Shown: positions 27,459 through 37,166, counted from the first letter of the stretch. The stretch is DNA of 64,000 bases from Myxococcota bacterium (GCA_965250285.1 OZ252299.1:5248001-5312000); one strand, 5' to 3'. Made by a program: numbers and translations. The notes: generated from the letters alone by a model not told the origin.

Positions 27459-27533
27459 CGCGGCCGGCGCCGCTCACGCGCCTCTCCGACGCCGCCACCG
27501 CCAGCCGCGATCTCATGGGATAGCCTCTGGCTC

Positions 27534-28136
27534 GTGGATCCGATCGACGCCATCGACCAGTCCCTCGACGAGGCGGCTCGCGCGCTCGCTGCGCTGCGGA
27601 GCGACGCCGTGGCGCGCGCTGCGATCGGTCGGTTCGTCGAGCGTGCACATGCGACGCTCGCGTCGGGGCACCGGATCTTCAGCTGCGGCAACGGCGGCAG
27701 CATGTGCGATGCCATGCACTTCGCCCAGGAGTGGACGGGCCGGTTCAGAGCCGACCGATCACCCTGGCCGGCGATGGCCTTCTCGGACGCCGGCCTGCTA
27801 ACGGGCGTCGCGAACGACTACGGCTACGAAGAGGTCTTCGCCCGGGCGATCGAGGGCCACGCGCGCGCAGGCGATCTGCTGCTCGTTCTGTCGACCAGCG
27901 GCGACTCGCAGAATCTGGTTCGGGCCGTCGAGCGCGCGCGTCAGCTCGGCATCGAGTCGGTCGCTCTGCTCGGCCGGGGCGGTGGCAAGCTCGCCGGTCT
28001 CGCCGATCTGTCGATCGTGGTGCCCGAAGCGCGCACGGCCGACCGGGTGCAGGAAGTGCACATCAAGGTGCTGCATGCGGTGATCGAGGCCGTGGAGCGG
28101 CGGCTGGCGGCTGAGGTGGACGCGGCAGGGGCGTAG
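27534..28136 (+). CDS. gmhA: D-sedoheptulose-7-phosphate isomerase
   Basis: CGNGGSMCDAMHFA, NDYGYEEVF, STSGDS and DRVQEVHI. Confidence 0.9.
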   Translation: MDPIDAIDQSLDEAARALAALRSDAVARAAIGRFVERAHATLASGHRIFSCGNGGSMCDAMHFAQEWTGRFRADRSPWPAMAFSDAGLLTGVANDYGYEEVFARAIEGHARAGDLLLVLSTSGDSQNLVRAVERARQLGIESVALLGRGGGKLAGLADLSIVVPEARTADRVQEVHIKVLHAVIEAVERRLAAEVDAAGA

Positions 28137-28149
28137 TGGGGTGCTCGGG

Positions 28150-28282
28150 TTCGCATTCTGGGGGCGGCGTCCTCAGACTGCGTCGGGCCGGCTTTGCGGT
28201 GTTGGGGCGTCTCCGCTCCGTGCGATGGGTCCTGCCTGGAATGGCCCGACTTCGATTGCGGGCGCCGCCCCCAGAATGCGAA
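28150..28282 (+). repeat. Structured hairpin repeat family A, copy 5
   Basis: Arms identical to copy 2 (TTCGCATTCTGGGGGCGGCG / CGCCGCCCCCAGAATGCGAA). Confidence 0.9.
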
Positions 28283-28363
28283 GGCGGGCGGACCGGCTCG
28301 CGGCCGCGATCGTGCCCCTGTCACAGTGCCCCGGACGATGCGCACGGGCGTGAGTCTGTCCGA

Positions 28364-29068
28364 CTACTCGGAGAGAGGGGGAGGGGGGGTGTTCGTCGCT
28401 CTTCGGCTTCGCGCTCTTCGGATCGCCCAGGTGCGGTAGCCGATGAAGAGGGCGACCGAGGCTGCGGCGAGGGCGAGCCAGGCTTCGGGGGGGACGTCGC
28501 CGGCGGCTTCGAGTCCTTCGACGGCGGCGGCGCCGATGGCGATCTGGATCATGGTCGTGATCGCGAGCATCACGATGCTCACGCCGAGGTAGAGGATCGG
28601 GGAGACGTTCGACATCGCGATGAAGACGTCGACGAGCGGGTTCGCCCAGAGCAACGCACGCAGGATCAGAAGCGTCGTCAGGGGCCGCCGCTCCATCCGC
28701 GCTTCGAAGCGGCGGATCCGCGGCGGCACGCGCTCCTGCACGGCGTCGTGACCGAACACCCACGCGAGCGCGTAGGCGAGGAAGCTGCCGCCGAGCGTGA
28801 TCACCAACCCGAACGCATAGGCCAAAGGCAGGTTGAAGAGGCTGGGCGCTGCCCAGACCGCCGGGCCGTTCAGGAACACGAAGTGGGCGAGGGTGCCGGC
28901 GGTCAGGTAGGCGAGGGGCTTCAGCTCACCCGAGTTCTCGATCATCTCGACGAATCGATCGGGCTCTGCGAAGAGGGCTCCCAGATCGAGCGCGAAGTAG
29001 AGAACCGCCCCCGCGACGTTGAGGGCGACGAAGAGCACGATGATTTGCCAGCGGCCGCCCTTCGGCAT
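28364..29068 (-). CDS. DedA/TVP38 (VTT-domain) membrane protein
   Basis: Hydrophobic pattern, GSFLAYALAWVFG and LLILRA. Confidence 0.7.
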   Translation of the reverse strand: MPKGGRWQIIVLFVALNVAGAVLYFALDLGALFAEPDRFVEMIENSGELKPLAYLTAGTLAHFVFLNGPAVWAAPSLFNLPLAYAFGLVITLGGSFLAYALAWVFGHDAVQERVPPRIRRFEARMERRPLTTLLILRALLWANPLVDVFIAMSNVSPILYLGVSIVMLAITTMIQIAIGAAAVEGLEAAGDVPPEAWLALAAASVALFIGYRTWAIRRARSRRATNTPPPPLSE

Positions 29069-29113
29069 GGGAGCAGGATAGACACCGGTCGCGGGTGGCG
29101 CGAGGCGTGGCCC

Positions 29114-29887
29114 TCAGAGGTGGCGCCAGTAGCGTTCGGGCGCGTTCAGAAACTCGCGCGTGAAGCGGACGTGCTCGAGCTCGTCGAACTCGGCCTCGCG
29201 AATGCCCTCTTCGTCGAAGAGCCAGTGCGCCGCGTCGGGGTACGAGAGCAGGATCGGCGAGTGGGTCGCGATGACGAACTGACATCGCTCCTCCTCGACC
29301 GCCTGACGCACGATCGAGAGGAACGCGAGCTGCCGCTTCGGCGATAGCGCGGCTTCGGGCTCGTCGAGCAGATAGAAGCCGTCGGGTACGATGCGCGACT
29401 TGAACAGCTCGAGGAAGCTCTCGCCGTGGGATCGGGCGTCGAGATCGCCGCCGTAGCGGTCCTCGATCGCCCTTTTCTGTCCGAGCATGTAGCCCCGCAC
29501 CCGAGCATCGTCCTTGAATCGTTCGGCATACTGCGCGAGCTCGTCCGACGTCTCGCGGTTGCGCTTGCTGAAATTGAAGAAGTCTTCGGCTCGCAGGAAG
29601 AAGCCGCGGGCGGTCTGCTTGCTCCACCCGAGTCGAAGCCGCCGCGCCAGGGGCTGCAGCACGGCGAGCGTCGGGTCGGAGGCCGCGTCGGCGGCACCGA
29701 CGGTGATGCGTCTCGACCCGATCGCGAGCGATTCCATCAGCGTCGACTTGCCGCTGCCGTTCTCGCCGACGAAGAAGAGCACGGGTGCATCGATCGTGCG
29801 CTCGCCCAGGCGCGCGACCGCAGGGACGTCGAAGGGCCAGCCCGATTCGTCGCCGGCGCGAAGCGAGATCGTGCGCAGATGCAGCAT
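29114..29887 (-). CDS. ABC-like AAA ATPase (COG3910 type)
   Basis: GENGSGKST, GFFLRAE, SHGESFL, LLDEPEAALSP and IATHSPILL. Confidence 0.88.
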   Translation of the reverse strand: MLHLRTISLRAGDESGWPFDVPAVARLGERTIDAPVLFFVGENGSGKSTLMESLAIGSRRITVGAADAASDPTLAVLQPLARRLRLGWSKQTARGFFLRAEDFFNFSKRNRETSDELAQYAERFKDDARVRGYMLGQKRAIEDRYGGDLDARSHGESFLELFKSRIVPDGFYLLDEPEAALSPKRQLAFLSIVRQAVEEERCQFVIATHSPILLSYPDAAHWLFDEEGIREAEFDELEHVRFTREFLNAPERYWRHL

Positions 29888-29975
29888 CCGTCTCTCCTCC
29901 TCGTCTCCTCGCTCGAGGGGCCGCAGACGATCTGGACACGCGTTCGAGCCCGTCGGCTAGAATCGGCCCGCCCCC

Positions 29976-30806
29976 ATGATATCGACCGATCCCAGCTTCG
30001 AAGCGATCCATCTCGTCGACGGCATCGCCGCCGGTGACCCCGTGCTCGACACGGCCGTGTCGCACGCCCTGCTTCGCCGAGTGGCCAAGCGGGGCGACGG
30101 CGAAGCGCTTCGGCTCTACGCGCCCGAAGACGCGGTGCTGTTCTCGCTGCTCGATGCGCGTCGCCCCGGCTTCGGCCGGGCCGTCGAGATCGCGCGCTCG
30201 AAGGGTTTCGGGGCGGTGCTGCGGCTGGCCGGCGGCCACGCCGCGGTCTTCACGACCCGCACCCTCGCTTTCTCGTGGGCGCGACCGGCCGAAGACGCGA
30301 GGCGCACGACGCGGCAGCGCTTCGACGAGATGGTCGCGATCACCCTCGAGGCCCTCGGTGATCTCGGCGTCGACGCGCGCGCCGGCGAGGTGCCCGGTGA
30401 GTACTGCCCCGGCGAGCACAGCGTGAACGCGGGCGGTCGGACCAAGCTGATGGGCGTCGGGCAACGCGTGATCCGGGGCGGCGCGCACGTCGGAGGGGTG
30501 GTCGTCGTCGACGACACCGAGCGGATCCGCGACGTGCTCGTGCCGGTCTACGAGGCGCTCGAGCTCGAATGGGCCCCTCATACGGTGGGCAGCGTTGCCG
30601 ACGAGGTCGGTCTCGTGACGTTCGACGAGGTGCGCCGCGCGTTCGTCGACGCGTTCGCGCGGCGTCGCCAGGTCGGCAAAGGGGAGGTCGATCGCGCCCT
30701 GATCGAAGAAGCCGAGTCGTATCGCCGCTTTCACGACCCCGCTTCGTCGCCACGAGGGGCTCGGATCGACACCGGCACCCCGAAGCTGATCGACGGCGAA
30801 CCGTAG
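29976..30806 (+). CDS. Lipoate-protein ligase family protein (LipL-like octanoyltransferase)
   Basis: RLAGGHAAV, GEVPGEYCPG and KLMGVGQR. Confidence 0.8.
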   Translation: MISTDPSFEAIHLVDGIAAGDPVLDTAVSHALLRRVAKRGDGEALRLYAPEDAVLFSLLDARRPGFGRAVEIARSKGFGAVLRLAGGHAAVFTTRTLAFSWARPAEDARRTTRQRFDEMVAITLEALGDLGVDARAGEVPGEYCPGEHSVNAGGRTKLMGVGQRVIRGGAHVGGVVVVDDTERIRDVLVPVYEALELEWAPHTVGSVADEVGLVTFDEVRRAFVDAFARRRQVGKGEVDRALIEEAESYRRFHDPASSPRGARIDTGTPKLIDGEP

Positions 30807-30849
30807 GCCGCGCGCCCCGAGAGAATCGACGCCGCGCCCTGGGGATGCG

Positions 30850-30902
30850 CTGCAGAACTCGCTCCCCGCATGCGAGCGCTGCGCTGTAGCGGAAGCGTCC
30901 CG
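30850..30902 (+). repeat. Short structured repeat family B, copy 1
   Basis: CTGCAGAACTCGCTCCCCGCATGCGAGCGCTGCGCTGTAGCGGAAGCGTCCCG; 51/53 identical to 35464-35516. Confidence 0.85.
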
Positions 30903-30933
30903 GCCCTGGCACGCCGGACTGGGCAGATGGTCC

Positions 30934-31929
30934 CTAGCGCGCGCGCCCTTCCCCGAAGACCTCGGGGTTTGCGACGAAGCGCGGTCGGCGGCCTTCGAGG
31001 AAGGCCTCGACATCGTCGGCGATCATCTTCGAGTGGTTCGTCTCGGTGTCGTACGTGGCGCCCCCGATGTGCGGCGTCAGCACCGTGTTCGGCATCGACA
31101 GCAGGGGGTGACCTTCGGGTAGACGCTCCCCTTCGAAGTGATCGAGTCCGGCGCCGCCCAGGTGCCCCGAGGCGAGCGCGTCGGTGAGGGCGTCGAGGTC
31201 GTGCAGGCCTGCTCGGGCCGAGTTCACGTAGATCGCGCCGGGCTTCATCGCGGCGAACTGCGGGGCGCCCAGCATGCCGAGCGTCTCGGGCGTCGGCGCT
31301 GCGTGTACGCTCACGACGTCGGCCTCGGCGACGAGCGCATCGAGCGAGTGCGTGGCGTCGTCGTTGTAGGGGTCGAAGGCGATCACCTTCATGCCGAGTC
31401 CCTCGAGGCGCCACTTCACGGCGCGGCCGACGGCGCCGAGACCGACGAGGCCCGCGGTGCGTCCGGCCATCTCCCACCCCCGAAAGCGCTGATAGGCGAC
31501 CTGGCCCTCCTTCACGACGTCGCCGGCCCGCAGATCGCCATCGGCAGGGATCAGGTGTCGCGAGACGGCGAAGATCAAGGCGACTGTCATCTCGGCGACG
31601 CCATCCGCGTTGCGACCCGGGGTGTGGAGGACCGGGATGCCCTTCGCCGTCGCGCTCTTCAAGTCGACGTTCGTGGGTGCACCGCGCGTCGAACCGATCA
31701 ACACGAGGGGACGCTCGAGCACCGCGCCGATACAGATGTCGCCCTCGGCGATCACGATCGTCGCGCGCGTCTCGTCGATGCGCTCGGCGAGCTGATCGGG
31801 CCCGTGGATGCGAAGGGGTTGGGTGTCGATCCACGGGTCGTAGACGACCTCGCCGAGTCGCTCGAGCTTCTCGAGCCCGGGCCCGCGGAAGGGCGCCGTG
31901 ACGAGGATCGTGGGCCGCTCCTGGGTCAT
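30934..31929 (-). CDS. D-isomer-specific 2-hydroxyacid dehydrogenase (SerA-like, no ACT domain)
   Basis: PGRNADGVAE, GLVGLGAVG, VNSARA and LTPHIGGAT. Confidence 0.85.
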   Translation of the reverse strand: MTQERPTILVTAPFRGPGLEKLERLGEVVYDPWIDTQPLRIHGPDQLAERIDETRATIVIAEGDICIGAVLERPLVLIGSTRGAPTNVDLKSATAKGIPVLHTPGRNADGVAEMTVALIFAVSRHLIPADGDLRAGDVVKEGQVAYQRFRGWEMAGRTAGLVGLGAVGRAVKWRLEGLGMKVIAFDPYNDDATHSLDALVAEADVVSVHAAPTPETLGMLGAPQFAAMKPGAIYVNSARAGLHDLDALTDALASGHLGGAGLDHFEGERLPEGHPLLSMPNTVLTPHIGGATYDTETNHSKMIADDVEAFLEGRRPRFVANPEVFGEGRAR

Positions 31930-31935
31930 GGCGGA

Positions 31936-33630
31936 TCAGCGACCGAGACCGCCGCGCAGCAGCGGCAGCGCGCGCGATGTCCCCATGGTGATGAGCAGCG
32001 TCGAGAGCTTGGGGCCGCGATCGCGACCGAGCAGCAGGTCGTACGCGACCGGGAAGAACGTCTTCGGCTCGTGGGCCGTGCCGTCGCAGATCGTCTTCAA
32101 CGCGTCGATCAGCGCGGGTTCGTCGATCTTCGGGTTCTCTTCGAGCACGGCGACGAGTCGCTCGATGACGACGCGATCGTCGCCCTGCAGATCGCGCGAC
32201 ACCGCCGCGTCGCGGATGCGGTAGCGAAAGTCATCGGGCGCGAACTTCTCGATCCAGTTCCAGGCGCACTCGGCGCGCTGGTCGTGAAGCTCGGCCTCTT
32301 CGGCCGTCGTCACGGCGCCGGTCGATTCGTAGTGCGCGCGGCTGCGCGCGATCTCGCCGTCGAAGATCTGCAGAATCATCGTCAGCCCGCGAAACGGCGG
32401 CACGAAGGGCGGCTCGGTCCCCGGTTCGATGCGATCGCCGGCGCCCGATGCGAGCTCGAACGTGCGGCGGGCGATCTGTCGTTTCTTGTCGTTCTTGCTG
32501 CCGTCTTCGGCCTCGTGAGCGAGCCGGCGGGCGCGATCGTAGTCTTCGTAGAGCTTGATCACGTCGAGGTCGAACGAAATCTGAAACTCGCTGCCGGGTC
32601 GCTGACTGGCGAAGATCCAGCGCAGCATGTCGGGCTCGTAGATCTCGAGGCAATCGGCCACCGTGACGGCTTCGCCCGCCGAGCTGCTGATCTTGCCGCC
32701 TCGGCCCTTGATGCGAACGAAGTCGTAGGCGACGTACTCGGGCGCGTGGAAGTCGTAGATGTCGGCGACGATCTCGCTCGCGGTGTCGTAGCTGCCGCCG
32801 GCCGACGAGTGATCCTTGCCGCCCGGCTCGAAGAGCACCTGCTCTTCGTTCCATCGCATCGGCCAATCGACGCGCCACGGCAGCTTCACGTCGCCCCCTT
32901 CGCGCAGGTCGACGACACCCTCGTGGCCGCAGGCGCGGCAGTGCATGCGAACCCGCCAGCGCTTCGGGTCGTCCTGGGTCGCGCCGTCCCCGTCCCACTC
33001 GAAGTCGATCTCGTCGCTGCCGCACTGCTCGCAGAAGCCAGCCAGGGGGAGCCAGCTCTCGGGGAGCGGCTGCTTGCGATGCTGATCGAGGATGCGTCGA
33101 ATCTCGGCGCGACCTTCGAGTGCCTGGACGATGCCCTCGGCATAATCGCCCGCGCGGTAGCGCTTCGACTGGCGGATGAACTCGGGCTCGATGCGCAGCG
33201 GCTCGATGCTGCGCTCGAACTGCTGGATGTGGTGAGAGGCGTAGCTGTCGGTCTCGCCGAACGGGTCGGGCACGTCGGCGACGCTGCGCCGCAGGTTCGC
33301 TTCGAGCATCGCCTGCTCGGGCATGTCGACGGGCACCTTGCGGAAGACGTCGAAGTCGTCCCACGAGTAGATGAAGCGCACGTCGAGGCCGCGCGCGCGG
33401 AGCGCTCGCGCGACCAGGTCGACGGTGATCACCTCGCGAAAGTTGCCCACGTGGATCACGCCCGACGGCGTAATGCCGGCGGCGACGGTGAATCGGGTCG
33501 CTTCGGGGTTGCGCTCGTGCGTGCGGCGCGCCGCGATGTCGGCCCAGTGCGAGTAGTAGCGGTCGCCATCCACCTTCGAGAGCGGCTGCTTCGGCTTCTT
33601 TTCGGCGGACGTTTTCTCGTTCTTCGACAT
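31936..33630 (-). CDS. lysS: Class I lysine--tRNA ligase
   Basis: GITPSGVIHVGNFRE (HIGH-like), KLPWRVDWPMRW, EPGGKDH, KISSSAG (KMSKS-like) and RGPKL. Confidence 0.93.
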   Translation of the reverse strand: MSKNEKTSAEKKPKQPLSKVDGDRYYSHWADIAARRTHERNPEATRFTVAAGITPSGVIHVGNFREVITVDLVARALRARGLDVRFIYSWDDFDVFRKVPVDMPEQAMLEANLRRSVADVPDPFGETDSYASHHIQQFERSIEPLRIEPEFIRQSKRYRAGDYAEGIVQALEGRAEIRRILDQHRKQPLPESWLPLAGFCEQCGSDEIDFEWDGDGATQDDPKRWRVRMHCRACGHEGVVDLREGGDVKLPWRVDWPMRWNEEQVLFEPGGKDHSSAGGSYDTASEIVADIYDFHAPEYVAYDFVRIKGRGGKISSSAGEAVTVADCLEIYEPDMLRWIFASQRPGSEFQISFDLDVIKLYEDYDRARRLAHEAEDGSKNDKKRQIARRTFELASGAGDRIEPGTEPPFVPPFRGLTMILQIFDGEIARSRAHYESTGAVTTAEEAELHDQRAECAWNWIEKFAPDDFRYRIRDAAVSRDLQGDDRVVIERLVAVLEENPKIDEPALIDALKTICDGTAHEPKTFFPVAYDLLLGRDRGPKLSTLLITMGTSRALPLLRGGLGR

Positions 33631-33765
33631 GCCGGTCTCGTGGGGCGAACACGCGCGCATCGCGTCGATGCGCGCTGAGAGCGGGGTTCTAGCGAAATGT
33701 CCCTTCGGACGCGAACGCAGGCGCTTCGCTAGCTTTGCCCCGCCCACACGCCGTGGAGAGAGCGC

Positions 33766-34710
33766 ATGAGCCAGCACCGAATCGAACGCAGCCAAGCCCC
33801 CGAGCCGCTTCGGCGCCGGCGCGGCCAGGTCGTATCGGCCGCGCTGCTCGCGGTCGCCCTGTGCACGCCCGCACTCGCCCTCTGCGCACCCGGGCTCGCG
33901 CGTGCGCAGGCGCCCGCGCTGCGTTTCGTCGAGCTGGGGGAGCCCGACCGGGTTCTGCCGCTCGCGAAGCTCCGAGAACGCTGCGGGACGCGCGAGGTGA
34001 TCGTCGACGACCCGTACTACCACCGAGAGATGCGATTTCTCGCCGTCCCGGTCGCGTGCTCACTCGAGCACGGCTTTCAGCGCGACGCGGCCGAGCTCGC
34101 GCAGAACTCGTTTCTGCTGCGGGCGCTCGACGGCTACACCAAGCCGGCCAGTGGAGAGGTGCTCGTCGAGTCGGGGGGCTATCTCGCGTTTGCCGACGCG
34201 ACGCTGACCGACGTCGAGGCCGACCCGATCGAGCCTCGTTTCGATCCCATCGATCGGCGCCAGGTCGATCCAGCGCCCTTCTACATGGTCTGGACGGGCG
34301 TCCCCCCCGACGAGGCGCACGAGAAGCCCTGGCCCTATCAGCTGGCGACCATCGAGATCGCGTCGCTCGAGCGCGCCTTCGCGCGGGCGGCGCCGAGCGG
34401 GGTGCCGCGCGACGACGCCGCGTGGCAGGGCTTCGAGCGGTTCGTGGGCGAGTGCATCGCTTGCCATGCGATCAACGGCGAGGGCGGCCGCGTCGGGCCC
34501 GAGCTCAACGTGCCCCAGAGCATCGTCGAGTACCGCGATCCCGAGCAGCTGAAGCAGTTCATCCAATCGCCGCAGAGCTTCCGCTACACGAGCATGCCGG
34601 CGCACACGCATCTGAGCGACGCCGATCTCGACGAGCTGATCGCCTACTTCGTCGCGATGAGCGAGCGCAAGGACGATCCGGCCACGCGCGATGGCGGAGA
34701 CCACGAGTGA
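33766..34710 (+). CDS. Exported protein with C-terminal monoheme cytochrome c
   Basis: Signal-like N-terminus; CIACH heme motif, GGRVGPELN and distal MP; N-domain with DPYY, DGY and PWPYQL. Confidence 0.8.
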   Translation: MSQHRIERSQAPEPLRRRRGQVVSAALLAVALCTPALALCAPGLARAQAPALRFVELGEPDRVLPLAKLRERCGTREVIVDDPYYHREMRFLAVPVACSLEHGFQRDAAELAQNSFLLRALDGYTKPASGEVLVESGGYLAFADATLTDVEADPIEPRFDPIDRRQVDPAPFYMVWTGVPPDEAHEKPWPYQLATIEIASLERAFARAAPSGVPRDDAAWQGFERFVGECIACHAINGEGGRVGPELNVPQSIVEYRDPEQLKQFIQSPQSFRYTSMPAHTHLSDADLDELIAYFVAMSERKDDPATRDGGDHE

Positions 34711-35456
34711 GCGGTCGCCGCATCGACGCCGCGACGACCGAGGCGCTGCGCGACGCGCTGCGCGAAGGGGACGTCACGATCGTCGTCCCCCTCGGCTCGA
34801 CCGAGCAGCACGGAGCGCACCTGCCGCTCGGCACCGACACCCTGATTGCAGATGCCCTGGCCGATCGTCTCTGCGCTCGTCACCGAGAAATCTGGGCGCT
34901 CCCCGCCCTGGCGCTCGGATGTGCCGACGAACACCTTGGCTTCGTCGGCACGATGAGCCTGGGCGAAGCCACGTTGCACGCTGTTCTGCTCGATGTGCTG
35001 CGCAGCGCAGCGCAGCACGGGTTCGCGCGCGCCTTCGTGTTCAGCGCCCATGGCGGCAACGCGGGCGCGCTCGATCGTCTGGCGCCGAAGCTCGCCGACG
35101 AGCACCTCGCGCTCGGCGTGCACGTCTTCAGCGATCTCGACGCCGTGGTCGAGGCGCAGGCCAGCGTCGCCGCCCGCTTCGATGTCTCGCCCGAGGCCGC
35201 CGGTCACCACGCGGGCGAGTGGGAGACATCGGTGGTGGCTGCACTGGCACCCGGGTCGGTGCATCTCGACCGAGCCGAGCCGGGCATCATCGAGAAGCCT
35301 GACGACGTGCAGTCGCTCTTCTATCCCCGGCTCGACATCCACGCCCCGAACGGCGTCGTCGGCGATCCGCGCGGCGCTGATCCGGCCCGGGCCGAGGTCT
35401 ATCTGGCAGCGTGGGTTGACGTGCTCGACCAAGCCTACGCGCGTGCGTTCGGCTAG
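34707..35456 (+). CDS. Creatininase-family protein
   Basis: PLGSTEQHGAHLPLGTD, HGGN, HAGEWETS and NGVVGDP; GTGA overlap. Confidence 0.88.
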   Translation: MSGRRIDAATTEALRDALREGDVTIVVPLGSTEQHGAHLPLGTDTLIADALADRLCARHREIWALPALALGCADEHLGFVGTMSLGEATLHAVLLDVLRSAAQHGFARAFVFSAHGGNAGALDRLAPKLADEHLALGVHVFSDLDAVVEAQASVAARFDVSPEAAGHHAGEWETSVVAALAPGSVHLDRAEPGIIEKPDDVQSLFYPRLDIHAPNGVVGDPRGADPARAEVYLAAWVDVLDQAYARAFG

Positions 35457-35463
35457 CGAGGCT

Positions 35464-35516
35464 CTGCAGAACTCGCTCCACGCATGCGAGCGCTGCGCTG
35501 TAGTGGAAGCGTCCCG
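35464..35516 (+). repeat. Short structured repeat family B, copy 2
   Basis: Near-identical to 30850-30902. Confidence 0.85.
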
Positions 35517-35694
35517 AGGCCGGGGCAGGCGGGGGGACCGCGCGCAGTTCGCAGGCGCGACGTGCGCGACAAACGAGCTTCCCAGGCCGGTCGCGCCGAG
35601 AATGTCTGAGCACGGTGCCCCCGCCTGCCCCGGCCCTGGCAAGGCAGACCGTGCAGACGTTTCCGAGCCAGTCGGCGCGACGACGCGCCGGGCC

Positions 35695-36444
35695 TCACTC
35701 CGACGTGCCTCGGCCCGGGAGGCGGTAGAAGCGCGCATACGCGAAGACGACCCAGCCGCCGTAGTAGAGCTGGTTTGGGACGACGCGGAGCGCCCACCCC
35801 GCGTCCCAGCCGAGCCCCAGGATCACGAGGTCGGCGCTGGCCCAGAGCGCGTAGTAGCTGGCGCTGTAGCCGGCCAGCGCCCGCAGGTAGGCGGCCGTTG
35901 CATCGTCGACGTCGAGGCGAGCGACCCAGACGCGACCGAGTGCGATGGCCAGAGCCAGGAAGCCGAGCTCATAGATCACCCAGAGCGTGTTGGCCGGTAG
36001 GCTCGGCAGCGCGAGGCCGAGCACGAGGTCGAGCGTCCCCGCGAAGATCGGGATGACGCAGGTGAGGCCCGCCGCGCGAGCGAGGGCGGGGCCGATCGGC
36101 TGTGCGCCGTCGCGCGAAGCCAGCGCCGCGACCCCCAGCAGCAGGCCGAGCACGCGGAAGTCGCCGAGCCAGACGAACACGAACAGGATCGCCGATCCGC
36201 CGAAGCCGTCGTAGACGCCCAGTGCGCGCACGAGCGGACCCGTGGCCCACGGGTCGATCAGCGTCTCGAACGCGAAGAGCAGCGTCCACAGCGCGACGAA
36301 GGGGCTCGCGACCCCGCTCACGGCACGTTCGTGCGCCGTCGACACCGCGGCGCGCCAGGCGAGGAACGCGAGCGGCAACGCCTGCAGCAGAATGACCGAC
36401 TGCGCATTGCTGCGGTAGAAGTCGGCGAAGCTCTCGAAGGGCAT
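35695..36444 (-). CDS. Hypothetical polytopic membrane protein
   Basis: About 7 TM segments; FVWLGDFR and LRVVPNQLYY; begins 5 nt after the carF-like stop. Confidence 0.7.
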   Translation of the reverse strand: MPFESFADFYRSNAQSVILLQALPLAFLAWRAAVSTAHERAVSGVASPFVALWTLLFAFETLIDPWATGPLVRALGVYDGFGGSAILFVFVWLGDFRVLGLLLGVAALASRDGAQPIGPALARAAGLTCVIPIFAGTLDLVLGLALPSLPANTLWVIYELGFLALAIALGRVWVARLDVDDATAAYLRALAGYSASYYALWASADLVILGLGWDAGWALRVVPNQLYYGGWVVFAYARFYRLPGRGTSE

Positions 36445-36449
36445 CGGGT

Positions 36450-37166
36450 TCAGCCGGCCTCCCGCTCGGGCTGGGCCGTGATGCGCCACCCCGCCCGTGC
36501 GAGCCCCGACTCGACGCGCCGAAAGAGCCCGATGCGGTCGAGCACCGGGTTCAGCCAGCCCGTCGTCACGCAATAGGCGCGGTCGTGTCCATGGGCGTGG
36601 TGCTCGGCATGCGACTCGGGCGGCAGAATGAGCCCTGTGCGTTGCAGACGCTGCACGGTGCGGGGCGGGCTCGCGGCATGGGCCCATGCGTGAAGCTGGT
36701 TCGTGGCGAAGATCGCGAGCGCGAAGACGAAGGTGAGCACGGCGATCCCCTGCCCGAAGAGAGCGGCGCCGTCGATGGATCCGAGCGCGAGCAGCCACGC
36801 CGCCAGCGGCAACGTCACGAGGCCGTTGTTGCCGCTCACCTCGAAGAAGTCGTGGCGACTCATCGCGGCTGGATCGCGGTGATGCTCGCGGAAAGGCTCG
36901 ATCAGCATCGGCCCCAGGACCGGCGTCTCGGGATCGAGGTAGCGATCGGCGAACCAGTGGACGCAGCCCGATGCGAGGTCGGCGAGCACCAACGCGATCG
37001 GCGCTGCGAGCAGCGCGAGGCATGCGAGGCGAAGCGGCTCGATCGAGGTCGCGAGGTGCCAGGCCACCGCGCCCCAGGCCACGACGAACGCCGCGACCGA
37101 GAGGCGGTCGACGCCGCGCAGCCAGAGCGCGCGCGGTTCGTTCTGCGGGTTCGTCCGATCGATCAC
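36450..37166 (-). CDS. carF: CarF/TMEM189-family lipid desaturase (plasmanylethanolamine desaturase-like)
   Basis: D..SG.VHWFAD, FREHH, NQLHAWAH, HAEHH and YCVTTGWLN histidine boxes. Confidence 0.85.
   Translation of the reverse strand: MIDRTNPQNEPRALWLRGVDRLSVAAFVVAWGAVAWHLATSIEPLRLACLALLAAPIALVLADLASGCVHWFADRYLDPETPVLGPMLIEPFREHHRDPAAMSRHDFFEVSGNNGLVTLPLAAWLLALGSIDGAALFGQGIAVLTFVFALAIFATNQLHAWAHAASPPRTVQRLQRTGLILPPESHAEHHAHGHDRAYCVTTGWLNPVLDRIGLFRRVESGLARAGWRITAQPEREAG

Noticed and set aside
29114..29887. Anti-phage defence ATPase
   Set aside because: It is a stand-alone COG3910-type ATPase with no adjacent nuclease or effector gene.
34707..35456. Mycofactocin peptidase MftE and a RiPP cluster
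   Set aside because: Only generic creatininase motifs are present; no mftA precursor, mftB or radical-SAM mftC in the window.
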